64,000 nt of DNA from Candidatus Methanomethylophilaceae archaeon (GTDB lineage Archaea; Thermoplasmatota; Thermoplasmata; Methanomassiliicoccales; Methanomethylophilaceae). Position numbers and translations under genes: made by a program. The stretch covers positions 160,001 through 224,000 of the forward strand of contig CALUHR010000005.1 of assembly GCA_944320495.1 (NCBI GenBank), written 5' to 3'. The notes beneath the pieces were generated by a model. That model was not told the DNA's origin and searched no databases. It was given only the letters and a program-made list of their open reading frames with translations. Each line of letters starts with the position of its first letter. Position 1 is the first letter of the stretch. Below are positions 18,082-27,964 of the stretch, piece by piece.

Positions 18082-19086
18082 GTGTGGTACGGCTGGATCC
18101 CAATCCTGAGCGACGGCGACATCCCGCTGGTGAGGGGACATCCGCCGAGACTCGGCAGGAGATACTCCCTGGACGGGACCGATGACGACGGCACGATGCA
18201 CGTGCTCTACAACTCGCCGACGGGGGCCGAAACGATATCGGTCGACCTGGTGGGCGGTTTCATACGTCTGGACGGATTCCGCGAGACGAAGGACAGGGGC
18301 AACTACACCGCGATCAACAGGCTGTACAGGATCCTGAAGGAAAGCTACCATCTGGATGTGACGCACGGTCCCGGCGGCGGGCTGTCGGTTGTCAAGGCGG
18401 ACAGTCTGGAGGATGCCGTATTCAAAACCGCCGATATGATCGTGCGGAACGGCGAGAGTTTCCTGCTCAACGTGGGCGGAGTGACGGATGTGACGACCCT
18501 CCGCTCGATATACACACAGAGCAGGGGCTGCGTCGAATACGGGCTCGCCTTCATCCAACGTTATGGAGACATCCTCGGGGATGCGGGCAGGGGGTATCTC
18601 GAACGTCTGACGTCGCTGTCCCGTTTCATCGACACGATCTACGGAACCAAGCGCGACGAGATACAGGACGAATTGGCGTATCAGAACAAGACCCTCTCGG
18701 AGTCCATGATGAAGCTCTCCAGGAACACCGAACGACTGTCGGTGGCCGTGATAGCGCTCACCGTGGTGTCGGCGATCCTGTCGTATGTGGCGCTGATAGA
18801 GGGCGGGGGAAGGGACATTACATGGGCCGTATCCGTCAGAGTCGTCGTAATAGGGGTCTTCGTGGCAATCGTGATCGGCTATGAATTGTGGAGACGTGGA
18901 AAGGACTCCGAGGAGCCGGAAGATGAGGAGTTCAGACGATCGGATGGGATCGGCGGACCTCGGACCCCCTCGGCGGCTGACGCCGCCGGAGGGACGGTAT
19001 GCGATCCCTTCGGATCGGGGAGGCCGTGCGTCGGGAACGGCGGCGAACACCTTCCGGCCGCCGCCATCCCCTCCGCGACGGGATGA
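18082..19086 (+). CDS. Hypothetical membrane protein (soluble N-terminal domain, coiled coil, two C-terminal TM helices)
   Basis: GAGGGAGG SD before GTG; two hydrophobic segments after LSESMMKLSRNTERL. Confidence 0.65.
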   Translation: MWYGWIPILSDGDIPLVRGHPPRLGRRYSLDGTDDDGTMHVLYNSPTGAETISVDLVGGFIRLDGFRETKDRGNYTAINRLYRILKESYHLDVTHGPGGGLSVVKADSLEDAVFKTADMIVRNGESFLLNVGGVTDVTTLRSIYTQSRGCVEYGLAFIQRYGDILGDAGRGYLERLTSLSRFIDTIYGTKRDEIQDELAYQNKTLSESMMKLSRNTERLSVAVIALTVVSAILSYVALIEGGGRDITWAVSVRVVVIGVFVAIVIGYELWRRGKDSEEPEDEEFRRSDGIGGPRTPSAADAAGGTVCDPFGSGRPCVGNGGEHLPAAAIPSATG

Positions 19087-19407
19087 TCCCTGCAAGGAAG
19101 GCATCCGTTCCGCGTGCCCGATTCGCGGTCGCTGTCTTCAAATCCCGGCGATGCCTGGCAATCTCTGGCCGTGACGCGATCCCCGAGTTCACGATGGGCT
19201 ATCGGGGACAGCAGGGTGGTATTTCCTCAGTAGGTTTCGCAGTCGGCGTCACGGCCGCCTTCCGATCTCTCAATCCGCTGGCACACCCTCTGCCCGTCAT
19301 CCGTTCTTAAACGGTTCCCATCCCATTGTTCCAGCTCCCTTACCCCGCTTATACCGAAACTCTCGAAGATTCAACCGCCCGGCCCACCTTGGGCGGGAGG
19401 ACTTTAA

Positions 19408-20997
19408 ATGTACAGATTCGAGAAAACTGCCAATCATCAGAAGATGTTGGCCGCAGCCCTCGTGGCGATGCTCGCCATCTGCTCCTTCGCGTGCGTATTC
19501 TCTGAGGAGAGCGACGCCGCCTACGACCAGAGCTTCGACATCAACATGAGGACTGGAGACGCGTTCTCCTACACGCCCGCGGTCAATCTCTCCGATGCCA
19601 CCATCGGTACACCCACTGGTTCCGCCATGTCCGCGGGACTCTCTTGGACCACTGGAACTCTCGGCGGATCCTTCGCGACCGCCACCGGTTCGAGTTCCGC
19701 CAACCAGGCCGTCATCACGGCCAACTGGACCAACGGATCCCTGTCCCAGACCGCCAAACAGACCATCAACTTCTACGTCTACGACCTCATCACCTTCAAC
19801 AACGGAACCTCCGGAAGCGAGTCCTACATCATAGAGGACATCACCGAGGACATGTCCGTGGCCACCATCAACGTCGCCAGCGGCCAGTATCCCGTAACCC
19901 CCACGATGACCCATACCATCGCCAAGGACGGGGGATCCGACAACGGACTGTTCACCTTCGACGACGTCTCGGGCGCCCTCACCGCCGCCAGGAACGCCAC
20001 CGCCGGTGACGAGGGAACCTACACCGTCACCGTCACCGCCACCTACTCCGGCGACGGCGGACACGCCAACGGAGGAACCGTCACAGACACCAAGCAGTTC
20101 GTCTACACCATCAACGTCGGAGCCGACTTCGCCCTCGACAGCGAGCCCGAGCAGGTCAACACCTTCGTCACCAACACCACCACCTCCCAGAACCAGTTCA
20201 CCATCACCACGAACTACCCCGATGAGACCTTCACCTACACCATCAAGGAGGTCACCAACGGAATGACCGCCCTCGTCAAGCAGGGTTCCGCCGGAAGCGA
20301 GAACGTCTTCACCATCGACACCTCCGCCGGTGCCAACCCCTGGGACGACGACAAGACCACCACCGTCAAGGAGTTCGACGTCACCGTCACCGTCGCCGGA
20401 ACCATCGGCGAGTACGGCGACTCCGAGGTCAGCGAGGACATCACCGTCCACGTGAAGATCTTCGCCGAGCTCGTGTTCATGGACGAGCCCAAGATCGCCG
20501 ACGTCCAGGCCCTCTCCGCCACCGGCAACGGCCTCGACGCCCTCGCCACCGCCAGCTTCTCCGGAGCCAAGTCCATCACCTACAACTGGGGAGACGGAAC
20601 CCAGACACACGTCGACGTGAAGAACACCTCCAACCCGACCTACTCCGCCAGGCATGTCTACGACTCCGCCGGCACCTACCTGGTGACCATCACCGCCGAG
20701 AACGATGTCGGAACCCAGAAGGCTTACATGCTCTACGACGCCACCAACGGCGCATGGGCCGCCGCCGACGAGACCACCGAGACCAGCGACGATGACAAGG
20801 GCTTCTTCGAGGAGCACGGATACCTCTTCATCCTCTTCGCGATCTTCGCCCTGCTGATGGTCGTCGTCTTCTTCGGAGTCGGCATCCAGCACCCCTTCGT
20901 CGCCATCGCCGCCATCGCCTTCGTGATCCTGGCGGTGCTCTGCTTCCTGTACGACGACTTCGGACTCCTCGACGGATTCCTGGACGGAGAGAGCTGA
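19408..20997 (+). CDS. Surface protein with Ig/cadherin-like and PKD domains and two C-terminal TM helices
   Basis: Signal peptide (SEESDAA), YNWGDGT...HVYDSAGTYLVTITAEN (PKD), strong NNC codon bias. Confidence 0.85.
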   Translation: MYRFEKTANHQKMLAAALVAMLAICSFACVFSEESDAAYDQSFDINMRTGDAFSYTPAVNLSDATIGTPTGSAMSAGLSWTTGTLGGSFATATGSSSANQAVITANWTNGSLSQTAKQTINFYVYDLITFNNGTSGSESYIIEDITEDMSVATINVASGQYPVTPTMTHTIAKDGGSDNGLFTFDDVSGALTAARNATAGDEGTYTVTVTATYSGDGGHANGGTVTDTKQFVYTINVGADFALDSEPEQVNTFVTNTTTSQNQFTITTNYPDETFTYTIKEVTNGMTALVKQGSAGSENVFTIDTSAGANPWDDDKTTTVKEFDVTVTVAGTIGEYGDSEVSEDITVHVKIFAELVFMDEPKIADVQALSATGNGLDALATASFSGAKSITYNWGDGTQTHVDVKNTSNPTYSARHVYDSAGTYLVTITAENDVGTQKAYMLYDATNGAWAAADETTETSDDDKGFFEEHGYLFILFAIFALLMVVVFFGVGIQHPFVAIAAIAFVILAVLCFLYDDFGLLDGFLDGES

Positions 20998-21095
20998 GGA
21001 GTGGGCATGGACGGGACAGCGGATGCGCGGACCGTCCGCGCGGATCTGTACGGGGGATCCTCCCCCCATCCCGGCCCCTTTCATGAGGTGACCCC

Positions 21096-22634
21096 ATGAA
21101 CTGGAAGATGGCATTCGCCGTCGTTCTGATCATAGCGGTCGCCGCAGGGGCCGCCGTCATGGGCCTCGACGCCGCCGACGACGGCGGCATCGAGGACACC
21201 TACGTTGACAACGAGGTGTTCCAGGTGCCCTATGCCGCGGACGGTTCCATGGGCTCCGTCGAGATGGAGGGCTATCTGTCCTGGGATGAGGTGACCTTCA
21301 CCGCCGTCCCCAGCCAGGGATACTCCTTCGACCGCTGGGCCTACGCGTCCGACGGCTCCACCTACTCCGAGAGCATCTCCTTCACCGTACCGATCGGGAG
21401 CGTCCCCGATGTGGTGGCGTACTTCGTCCCTCTCGAAGGGAACAAGGTCGTCACCCTCGAGTGGGACATGCCCGCCTTCGACGGCGACGACATCGAGGTT
21501 GTCGCGGTCACCCACGATTCGTTCTCCGTCGCCATAGACTCCGCCGAATGGTGGGAGTCCGTCTACGGCGACGGCGACACCCAGAGGCACGCGACCTCGG
21601 ATGTCCTGGTCCCCTCGGCCCTGGTGGTATGCGACGGCGTCGTCGACGCCATAGCGGACCACCTGGAGCCGATGATGGCGGGGCTCACGGACACCCAGAG
21701 GGCGATCGCTGTCATGTACTTCGTGCAGGACGCGATTGACTACCGCGAGGACATCTCGCTGTACGGCGAGAGCGAGTTCTGGGCCCTGCCGATGGAGACC
21801 GTGTACTCCCTGGAGGGGGACTGCGAGGACACCTCCACACTGTATGTGGCGATCGCATCCGTCCTCGGCCTCCAGGCGGGGTTCGTCTCCTTCGAGGACC
21901 CCTCCGCCGGCCACATGGGCGCGGCCGTCGCCATAGTCGACGGCGCGCCCGTGTCCGGCAACGGGGTCTTCGGGATCGACGGGACGACCTACGCCTTCGT
22001 GGAGACCACCTCCGACGGGTACAACTGCCCCCTCGGCTCCCTGGGCACCTACCAGGGAGGGGTGACCTTCGACATCGACGACGGCAAGTGGACCCCCCTC
22101 TTCTACGAGGAGGGGACATTCACCTCCGGTGCCACCGCGCCGATCGCCGGGTCCTCCGACCCGGCGACCCAGTACGGGGTGGTGTACGGCTCCTTCTCGG
22201 AGCCGCCCTCCATCCCCCTGGGCGTCGGCGACACGTTCCTCTACGTCCCGACAACCTCCCTCCCGAGCGAGATCGCCGCCTCCGGCGACGGCCTCGTCTC
22301 GGAGGGGGGATTCCTTATCTGGGATGCGGAGGCGAACGAGCTCTCCGGGACCGCAGTCGAAGAGGGCACCTACACGGTGACCCTCTCCGCCTCCTGGACC
22401 CACGGGGAGCTGGAGCAGACCGCCACCCAGACGATCGTGTTCACCGTCTCCTCCTCCGCCCCGGACTACTCCGGGGAGGACGTGGAGCTGGTGTACTCCG
22501 CGGCCACGGGCGAGTGGAACATCGTGACCACCGAGCCCGTCAGCCCCGAGAGGGACAACTCGGTCCTCTGGATGGCGGCCGGCGCGCTGGCCGTCATCGT
22601 GGCGGGACTCCTGATCTGGAGGACGGTAGCATGA
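21096..22634 (+). CDS. Membrane-anchored transglutaminase-like cysteine protease (BTLCP/LapG-like motif) with Ig domain
   Basis: DYREDISLYGESEFWALPMETVYSLEGDCED, GHM, YAFVETT (Cys-His-Glu); signal peptide; C-terminal TM. Confidence 0.75.
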   Translation: MNWKMAFAVVLIIAVAAGAAVMGLDAADDGGIEDTYVDNEVFQVPYAADGSMGSVEMEGYLSWDEVTFTAVPSQGYSFDRWAYASDGSTYSESISFTVPIGSVPDVVAYFVPLEGNKVVTLEWDMPAFDGDDIEVVAVTHDSFSVAIDSAEWWESVYGDGDTQRHATSDVLVPSALVVCDGVVDAIADHLEPMMAGLTDTQRAIAVMYFVQDAIDYREDISLYGESEFWALPMETVYSLEGDCEDTSTLYVAIASVLGLQAGFVSFEDPSAGHMGAAVAIVDGAPVSGNGVFGIDGTTYAFVETTSDGYNCPLGSLGTYQGGVTFDIDDGKWTPLFYEEGTFTSGATAPIAGSSDPATQYGVVYGSFSEPPSIPLGVGDTFLYVPTTSLPSEIAASGDGLVSEGGFLIWDAEANELSGTAVEEGTYTVTLSASWTHGELEQTATQTIVFTVSSSAPDYSGEDVELVYSAATGEWNIVTTEPVSPERDNSVLWMAAGALAVIVAGLLIWRTVA

Positions 22635-23941
22635 GCGCAGCCAGAAGGGCCATCGCCCTGATGGCCGTGATCGTGACCCTGACGGCCGCCTTCGCTGTTG
22701 TGGGAACCGTAGGGTTCGACGACAGCGAGGGGTCTGTCGAGATTGTCGACGGATTCAGAGCGGAATCCGAATCCGAGATGACCCAGATGGTCCTCGACGA
22801 GGACGGTACCGAACTCATCGAGATCACGGCTGTGATCCGCTCGGACGGCTGGGTGAAATTCACATACGGCCCCGTGCTCGAGGACAGCCGCAATTATCTG
22901 GCATACACGATCGGCTTCAAATTCGGCGATAACCCCCTCAGGGAGGGACACTCTGCGATGGAGGGCGTTAATCCCGCACTCATAGAGAACGCCGGACTCC
23001 AGCCGACCGGCGAGGGTTACGGATACGCCGAATTCTACATGGCGGAGGATGGGGTAAGTGCAGACACCCCCATCGGCCCCGTGACCAGGTTCGATTTCAC
23101 CTTCACCGCCCAGACAATCTACAACTACACCACAACGATAACATACGATGCCAACGCGACGGGAGATTACAACCTCCCTCCGACGACCTCCCGCGAGGAC
23201 AGTAGGACATCCGCGTCCACCATGAATGTGAGTCTCACCGCCTCCTCGACCGAGCTCACCCGCGACAGGTACGTCCACGTCGGATGGAACACCAAAGCCT
23301 CCGGCGACGGCGTCCACTGCGACCTCGGAGGGAGCATCGACGTGAGGATCGGCGATGACATAACCCTCTACGCCGAGTGGGAGATTGTCTCCCATACCGT
23401 GTCGCTGTACACGACCGACGACACCACGCCCTGGAAGCAGGTGTCGGTCCAGGACGGACAGGTACTGTCCGTCGGCGACCCGACCCCGCCCGAGGGACAG
23501 TTGTTCGCCGGATGGTACACCGACAACACCCGTTCCACCCCGTTCGACCCCACTACGGCGATCACGGCGGACGACGCCCTCTTCGCCAAGTTCGTGGACG
23601 AGCTGGAGTTCACCACCACGCCCACGGCCAAGGCCAACGTCACCTCCGTGGAATCCAGCGGCACGTTCGTGTTCGACTCCGGTGCATCCGCATCGGCCGC
23701 CAAGGTGCTCTGGGAGTTCCCCGACGGCACCACATCCACCGACAGGGTGACCACGCACTGGTTCGAACCTGGAACCCATACTGTCAAGCTGACCGTGTGG
23801 AACAGCAACGGCGAGATGTCCGAGACGGAGTTCGACGTCACCGTCACCGACGGTAACGACAATCTCCCGATCCTCTGGATCGCCGCGGGCATCCTCGCAG
23901 TCGCAGTCATCGGCATCGTGATCTGGAGGGTTGCGATATGA
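22631..23941 (+). CDS. Adhesin: two InlB B-type repeats, PKD, TM
   Basis: HVGWNT...TLYAEW, FAGWYTD...LFAKF, WEFPDGTTS...HWFEPGTHTVKLTV; ATGA overlaps at both ends. Confidence 0.85.
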   Translation: MSAARRAIALMAVIVTLTAAFAVVGTVGFDDSEGSVEIVDGFRAESESEMTQMVLDEDGTELIEITAVIRSDGWVKFTYGPVLEDSRNYLAYTIGFKFGDNPLREGHSAMEGVNPALIENAGLQPTGEGYGYAEFYMAEDGVSADTPIGPVTRFDFTFTAQTIYNYTTTITYDANATGDYNLPPTTSREDSRTSASTMNVSLTASSTELTRDRYVHVGWNTKASGDGVHCDLGGSIDVRIGDDITLYAEWEIVSHTVSLYTTDDTTPWKQVSVQDGQVLSVGDPTPPEGQLFAGWYTDNTRSTPFDPTTAITADDALFAKFVDELEFTTTPTAKANVTSVESSGTFVFDSGASASAAKVLWEFPDGTTSTDRVTTHWFEPGTHTVKLTVWNSNGEMSETEFDVTVTDGNDNLPILWIAAGILAVAVIGIVIWRVAI

Positions 23942-25323
23942 ACGCATCCAACCGCGCGGTCGCCATCCTGGCAATCGTCGTCACCCTTCTCTCGGCATCG
24001 TTCGTGGGAATCGTATTCTCCGACGATGCCGACGCCAGCAGCACTCCGACGGAGCTCATCCACATGGGCACTGCCTCGGACAACATCACATCCGACAACC
24101 CCGCCGTCATCGAATACGGCGGAGAACCCGCAGTGGAGGTCTACGTCAACAGCAACCTCTCCGACGGCGAATCCGCCGAATCCTGGGACAAGACCGTCTA
24201 CTTCCGCTTCGTTTCCGACGCGCTGAAGGGCTACAACATCTACATCTACGACACGTGGTACTTCACGGACGGTTCCTCGGACGAGTACAACGGGAACAAC
24301 GCTCTCAACAGGAGCAACGAGTACTGGAACACCAACGCGTGGTCCTCGCTCAGGCCCGTCAACCTGACGATGGACAGCGGGGTCAACCGCATCGTCATTC
24401 ACGCCTACATCAACGACCAGGACAGCGGCTACTCGGGGAAACCCGACAGGCTCTCCGGGACCAACGAGGTCACCTTCGACTTCACCCTGGGCAGGACTGA
24501 CGGGTACACCTACGTCACGAAGGTGTCCTACGACATCAACTACTCCGGGGGTTCCAACCCCAACGCGACCTCCACCGATCCCGTGTACCGGCCCTCCGCG
24601 TCCACGGAGAATGTGAAGGTCAAGATCGCGGGCGAGCAGACGAGGTCGGGTTACACCCACGTGGGATGGAACACCTCCTCGTCCGGGAACGGCACCCACT
24701 ACGACGTCGGAGCCACCATCGACGTGAGGATCGGCTCCGAGATCACCCTCTACGCAGAGTGGCAGATCGACAGCCACTCGATAGCACTGTACACGACTGA
24801 CGACTCCAACCCGTGGAAGACGGTATCCGTCCAGCACGGACAGCATCTCTCGATAGAGGATCCGACGGCCCCCGAAGGGAAGCTGTTCGCGGGCTGGTAC
24901 ACGGACAACACCAGGACGCAGCCCTACGACTATCCGAGCGTGACGGCGGACGATTCGCTGTATGCTTTGTTCGTCGACGAGCTGGCGTTCACCACCACGC
25001 CGACGGCGTCCCAGAACGTGACTCCCATCGAGCCCGAGGGGACGTTCATGTTCAGCTCGCTCGAATCCGAATCCGCTGCGAAGGTTCTCTGGGAGTTCCC
25101 CGACGGGACGACTTCTACCGACAGGGTGACGACCCATTGGTTCGAACCCGGTTCCTACAAGGTAAAGCTGACCGTCTGGAACAGTCTCGGAGAAGCATCC
25201 ACCACGGAGATTCAGGTCGAGGTCGGAGAGGAACCCGACGAGGATTCGAACGTCCTGATCTGGGTTACCGCTGGGATCGCGGTCGTGATCGTCGCCGTCG
25301 TCGTGGCGAGGAGGTTCATATGA
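23938..25323 (+). CDS. Adhesin: two InlB B-type repeats, PKD, TM
   Basis: Same stalk as the previous gene with a different head. Confidence 0.85.
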   Translation: MNASNRAVAILAIVVTLLSASFVGIVFSDDADASSTPTELIHMGTASDNITSDNPAVIEYGGEPAVEVYVNSNLSDGESAESWDKTVYFRFVSDALKGYNIYIYDTWYFTDGSSDEYNGNNALNRSNEYWNTNAWSSLRPVNLTMDSGVNRIVIHAYINDQDSGYSGKPDRLSGTNEVTFDFTLGRTDGYTYVTKVSYDINYSGGSNPNATSTDPVYRPSASTENVKVKIAGEQTRSGYTHVGWNTSSSGNGTHYDVGATIDVRIGSEITLYAEWQIDSHSIALYTTDDSNPWKTVSVQHGQHLSIEDPTAPEGKLFAGWYTDNTRTQPYDYPSVTADDSLYALFVDELAFTTTPTASQNVTPIEPEGTFMFSSLESESAAKVLWEFPDGTTSTDRVTTHWFEPGSYKVKLTVWNSLGEASTTEIQVEVGEEPDEDSNVLIWVTAGIAVVIVAVVVARRFI

Positions 25324-26645
25324 ACATGACTAAAACCCGCGACATCAGCGGGAGATCGGCCGCCATCGGCATCGTCGTGCTGATGGCGGTCGCCGCCCTG
25401 GCGATCGTGCCGATGTGCTCGGACGATTCCGAGGCCGTGACGGATCTCGGAGTTTACACCGGCGGAACCAATCTGAGCAGTAAGGACGCCGCATATTCTG
25501 GAATCGAGGTTGACATCTCCAGAATCAATGGGATGACACTCTTCGTCTCAATGGGCGCCCAAATCAAAGTGACATATGACAACTACGTCGACAAATATGA
25601 TGATAATTCGAATGGATTGGGAATGGGATGGAGCATCGGATCTGGCACAGTTTCCGAATACGGAAGTTGCAGATGGGAGGATGCAGCAATCAATTCCTTC
25701 AAACTCATCTGCCTCGATCCGAACAACATTACGAATCTGGGACCATACACTGGCGGAGAGAATCTGAGTTTTGAGAAAGCTGCATATTCTGGCGTAAACG
25801 CCAGTGTCACAGATGATGCTTTTCCAAACACTGGTGCGGGTCGTCCAAATGATATCTATGTGTTGCCTGGGGCCCATATACGCATTGTTGCAGAGGACAC
25901 GGGCCCTTCTTTCACATACTACCCGAATTGGTTCATCTCGTCTACCAATGGGAGAGGGTTGGAGGTGATTGATGGGACAGTCCCAGGCTACGGCGAATGG
26001 TTGGTGATGTGGGACGGTATCGTTCACATCGACATAGGGCTAGTGTGTCTGGGCCCCAGCCACACCGTAACCTTCAACTCGAACGGAGGTTCCGATGTCC
26101 CCAACCAGGTGACCGACTCCGACGGATACGTCATCGCCCCCGAGGACCCCGTCCTCGCGGGCCATGTGTTCGCGGGATGGTTCACCGACGACGGAGAGCC
26201 CTTCGACTTCTCCCAGCCCGTGACATCGGACATCACCCTCCACGCCCAATGGGTCGACGAGCTCGTGTTCACCACGACTCCCACATCCAACGGCACGGTC
26301 CAGTCCGTCCCGATGATGGAGGGCATGATCGTCTGCGACGCCACCCAATCTTCCGATTACACGTCCATCCTCTGGGACCTGGGGGACGGGACGTTCTCCA
26401 CCAACACATACGTCACCCACAGCTACGCCTCTCCGGGGCAGTACACGGTGACGCTCACGGTCTTCAACGAACATGGGAGTGATACCACGGAATTCACTGT
26501 GAACGTGCCCGAGGATGCCGGCAGGGGGGGGGGGGCAGTGACCTCTTGCCCTACGTTCTCGTCGCCATCCTGGCACTCGTATCGGGAGGTCTGGTCCTCA
26601 GACGTCTCCTGTGAACTGATGACAAATGAGGGGGTGTTCCAGTGA
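25320..26645 (+). CDS. Adhesin (DLGxY-repeat head, InlB B-repeat, PKD); anchor out of frame at G12 tract
   Basis: Alternate frame after 26535 encodes GSDLLPYVLVAILALVSGGLVLRRLL* (TGA 26612-26614). Confidence 0.8.
   Translation: MNMTKTRDISGRSAAIGIVVLMAVAALAIVPMCSDDSEAVTDLGVYTGGTNLSSKDAAYSGIEVDISRINGMTLFVSMGAQIKVTYDNYVDKYDDNSNGLGMGWSIGSGTVSEYGSCRWEDAAINSFKLICLDPNNITNLGPYTGGENLSFEKAAYSGVNASVTDDAFPNTGAGRPNDIYVLPGAHIRIVAEDTGPSFTYYPNWFISSTNGRGLEVIDGTVPGYGEWLVMWDGIVHIDIGLVCLGPSHTVTFNSNGGSDVPNQVTDSDGYVIAPEDPVLAGHVFAGWFTDDGEPFDFSQPVTSDITLHAQWVDELVFTTTPTSNGTVQSVPMMEGMIVCDATQSSDYTSILWDLGDGTFSTNTYVTHSYASPGQYTVTLTVFNEHGSDTTEFTVNVPEDAGRGGGAVTSCPTFSSPSWHSYREVWSSDVSCELMTNEGVFQ
26524..26535 (+). repeat. G12 tract before anchor (one G short of in-frame)
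   Basis: gca-G12-cagtgacctc; 10 or 13 G restores the anchor. Confidence 0.9.
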
Positions 26646-27964
26646 ACACCCTCTCGAACCTCAAAACCATAGCCGTGGCCGCAATCGCGATCGTCTCGGC
26701 GCTGATGTTCGTACCGATGATGTCGGACGATTCGGATGCGGTCACGGATCTCGGAGTTTACGCCCAAGAGGGGGAGAATGTCAGTTCTCCGACGGCGCTC
26801 TACTCCGGCATCAATGTATGGACAACCGTAGCATTCGTTGACAACAACGAGGTTTACTACGTCTCCCCCGGATCGGAGATCACTTTCGTCATGAACGACA
26901 TCGGGGGACTCACCATCGATTCGAAGGACAAACTCGGATTGAAGGAGGATTCGAGTGTTGGAATCTATGGCGGAATCAGCGGGACGATCACCGGCCAGGG
27001 GTATGTGGAGATCACAGCCGAGGGGGAGTTTTTCTCCAAGTTCTCGTTCTACGTCGCCTGCATCGACCCGAACGGCAGTTCCGATCTCGGAACATACGAT
27101 GGCGGACCCAACATGAGTTCGCCAGAGAAGACGTATTCCAAGATTGAAATACGTGGCTATACCGACTTTTGGAATTTGATCGACGGTTCGAATCTCGTCG
27201 TCTACGTCTCTGATGGGTCGGAGGTTTGGGTCCAGGGTGCCATAATGAGCACGAATCTGGAACGCAACGATCTGAATCTCTCCATTGCTGACATGGAGAT
27301 ATTGTATGGGACGGTCGAAGGCTATGGAACCACGATTTTCAGATCCGAGGCATCACTGTTCACGGTTGTGTGTATGGCCCCTACTCACACCGTCGTCTTT
27401 GACTCCGAAGGCGGTTCCAGTGTCCCCAATCAGGTAACCGACACAGACGGCATCGTCACCGCCCCCGAGGACCCCGTTCTCTCAGGATACATCTTCGGCG
27501 GCTGGTACACCGAGGACAACATCCCGTTCGACTTCTCCCAACCCATATCAGAGGACATAACGCTCCACGCCAAATGGATCGAGACACTCGTCTTCACCAC
27601 GGTTCCAACATCCAGCGGTACCGTCAAGGCCGTCCCGATGATGGCGGGAACCATCGTATGCGACGCATCCCAATCCAGCGACTACACGTCGATCCTCTGG
27701 GATCTCGGGGACGGGACCACATCCACCAACACGTATGTGACACACTACTACAGCCAGCCCGGGACCTATGAGGTAACCCTCACCGTCTTCAACGAACACG
27801 GAACGGATGTCACTACATACACTGTCGAGGTTCCCGAGAGCTCGACCGGGGGGGGGGGCATGACAACCTTCTCCTCTACATCGCAGTCGGACTGCTCGCA
27901 ACCATTCTCATCGCAGTCGTCGCATTGCGGTTGCTCTGACCACTCCATGGGGGCGGTCGCGTGA
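26642..27964 (+). CDS. Adhesin paralog; anchor out of frame at G11 tract
   Basis: Alternate frame encodes HDNLLLYIAVGLLATILIAVVALRLL* (TGA 27937-27939). Confidence 0.8.
   Translation: MNTLSNLKTIAVAAIAIVSALMFVPMMSDDSDAVTDLGVYAQEGENVSSPTALYSGINVWTTVAFVDNNEVYYVSPGSEITFVMNDIGGLTIDSKDKLGLKEDSSVGIYGGISGTITGQGYVEITAEGEFFSKFSFYVACIDPNGSSDLGTYDGGPNMSSPEKTYSKIEIRGYTDFWNLIDGSNLVVYVSDGSEVWVQGAIMSTNLERNDLNLSIADMEILYGTVEGYGTTIFRSEASLFTVVCMAPTHTVVFDSEGGSSVPNQVTDTDGIVTAPEDPVLSGYIFGGWYTEDNIPFDFSQPISEDITLHAKWIETLVFTTVPTSSGTVKAVPMMAGTIVCDASQSSDYTSILWDLGDGTTSTNTYVTHYYSQPGTYEVTLTVFNEHGTDVTTYTVEVPESSTGGGGMTTFSSTSQSDCSQPFSSQSSHCGCSDHSMGAVA
27848..27858 (+). repeat. G11 tract before anchor (one G short)
   Basis: acc-G11-catgacaac; 9 or 12 G restores the anchor. 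Confidence 0.9.

Noticed and set aside
17813-18103. Minus-strand 96-aa ORF
   Set aside because: Partly protein-like but overlaps the start of 18082 and has no clear start or motif; unsupported.
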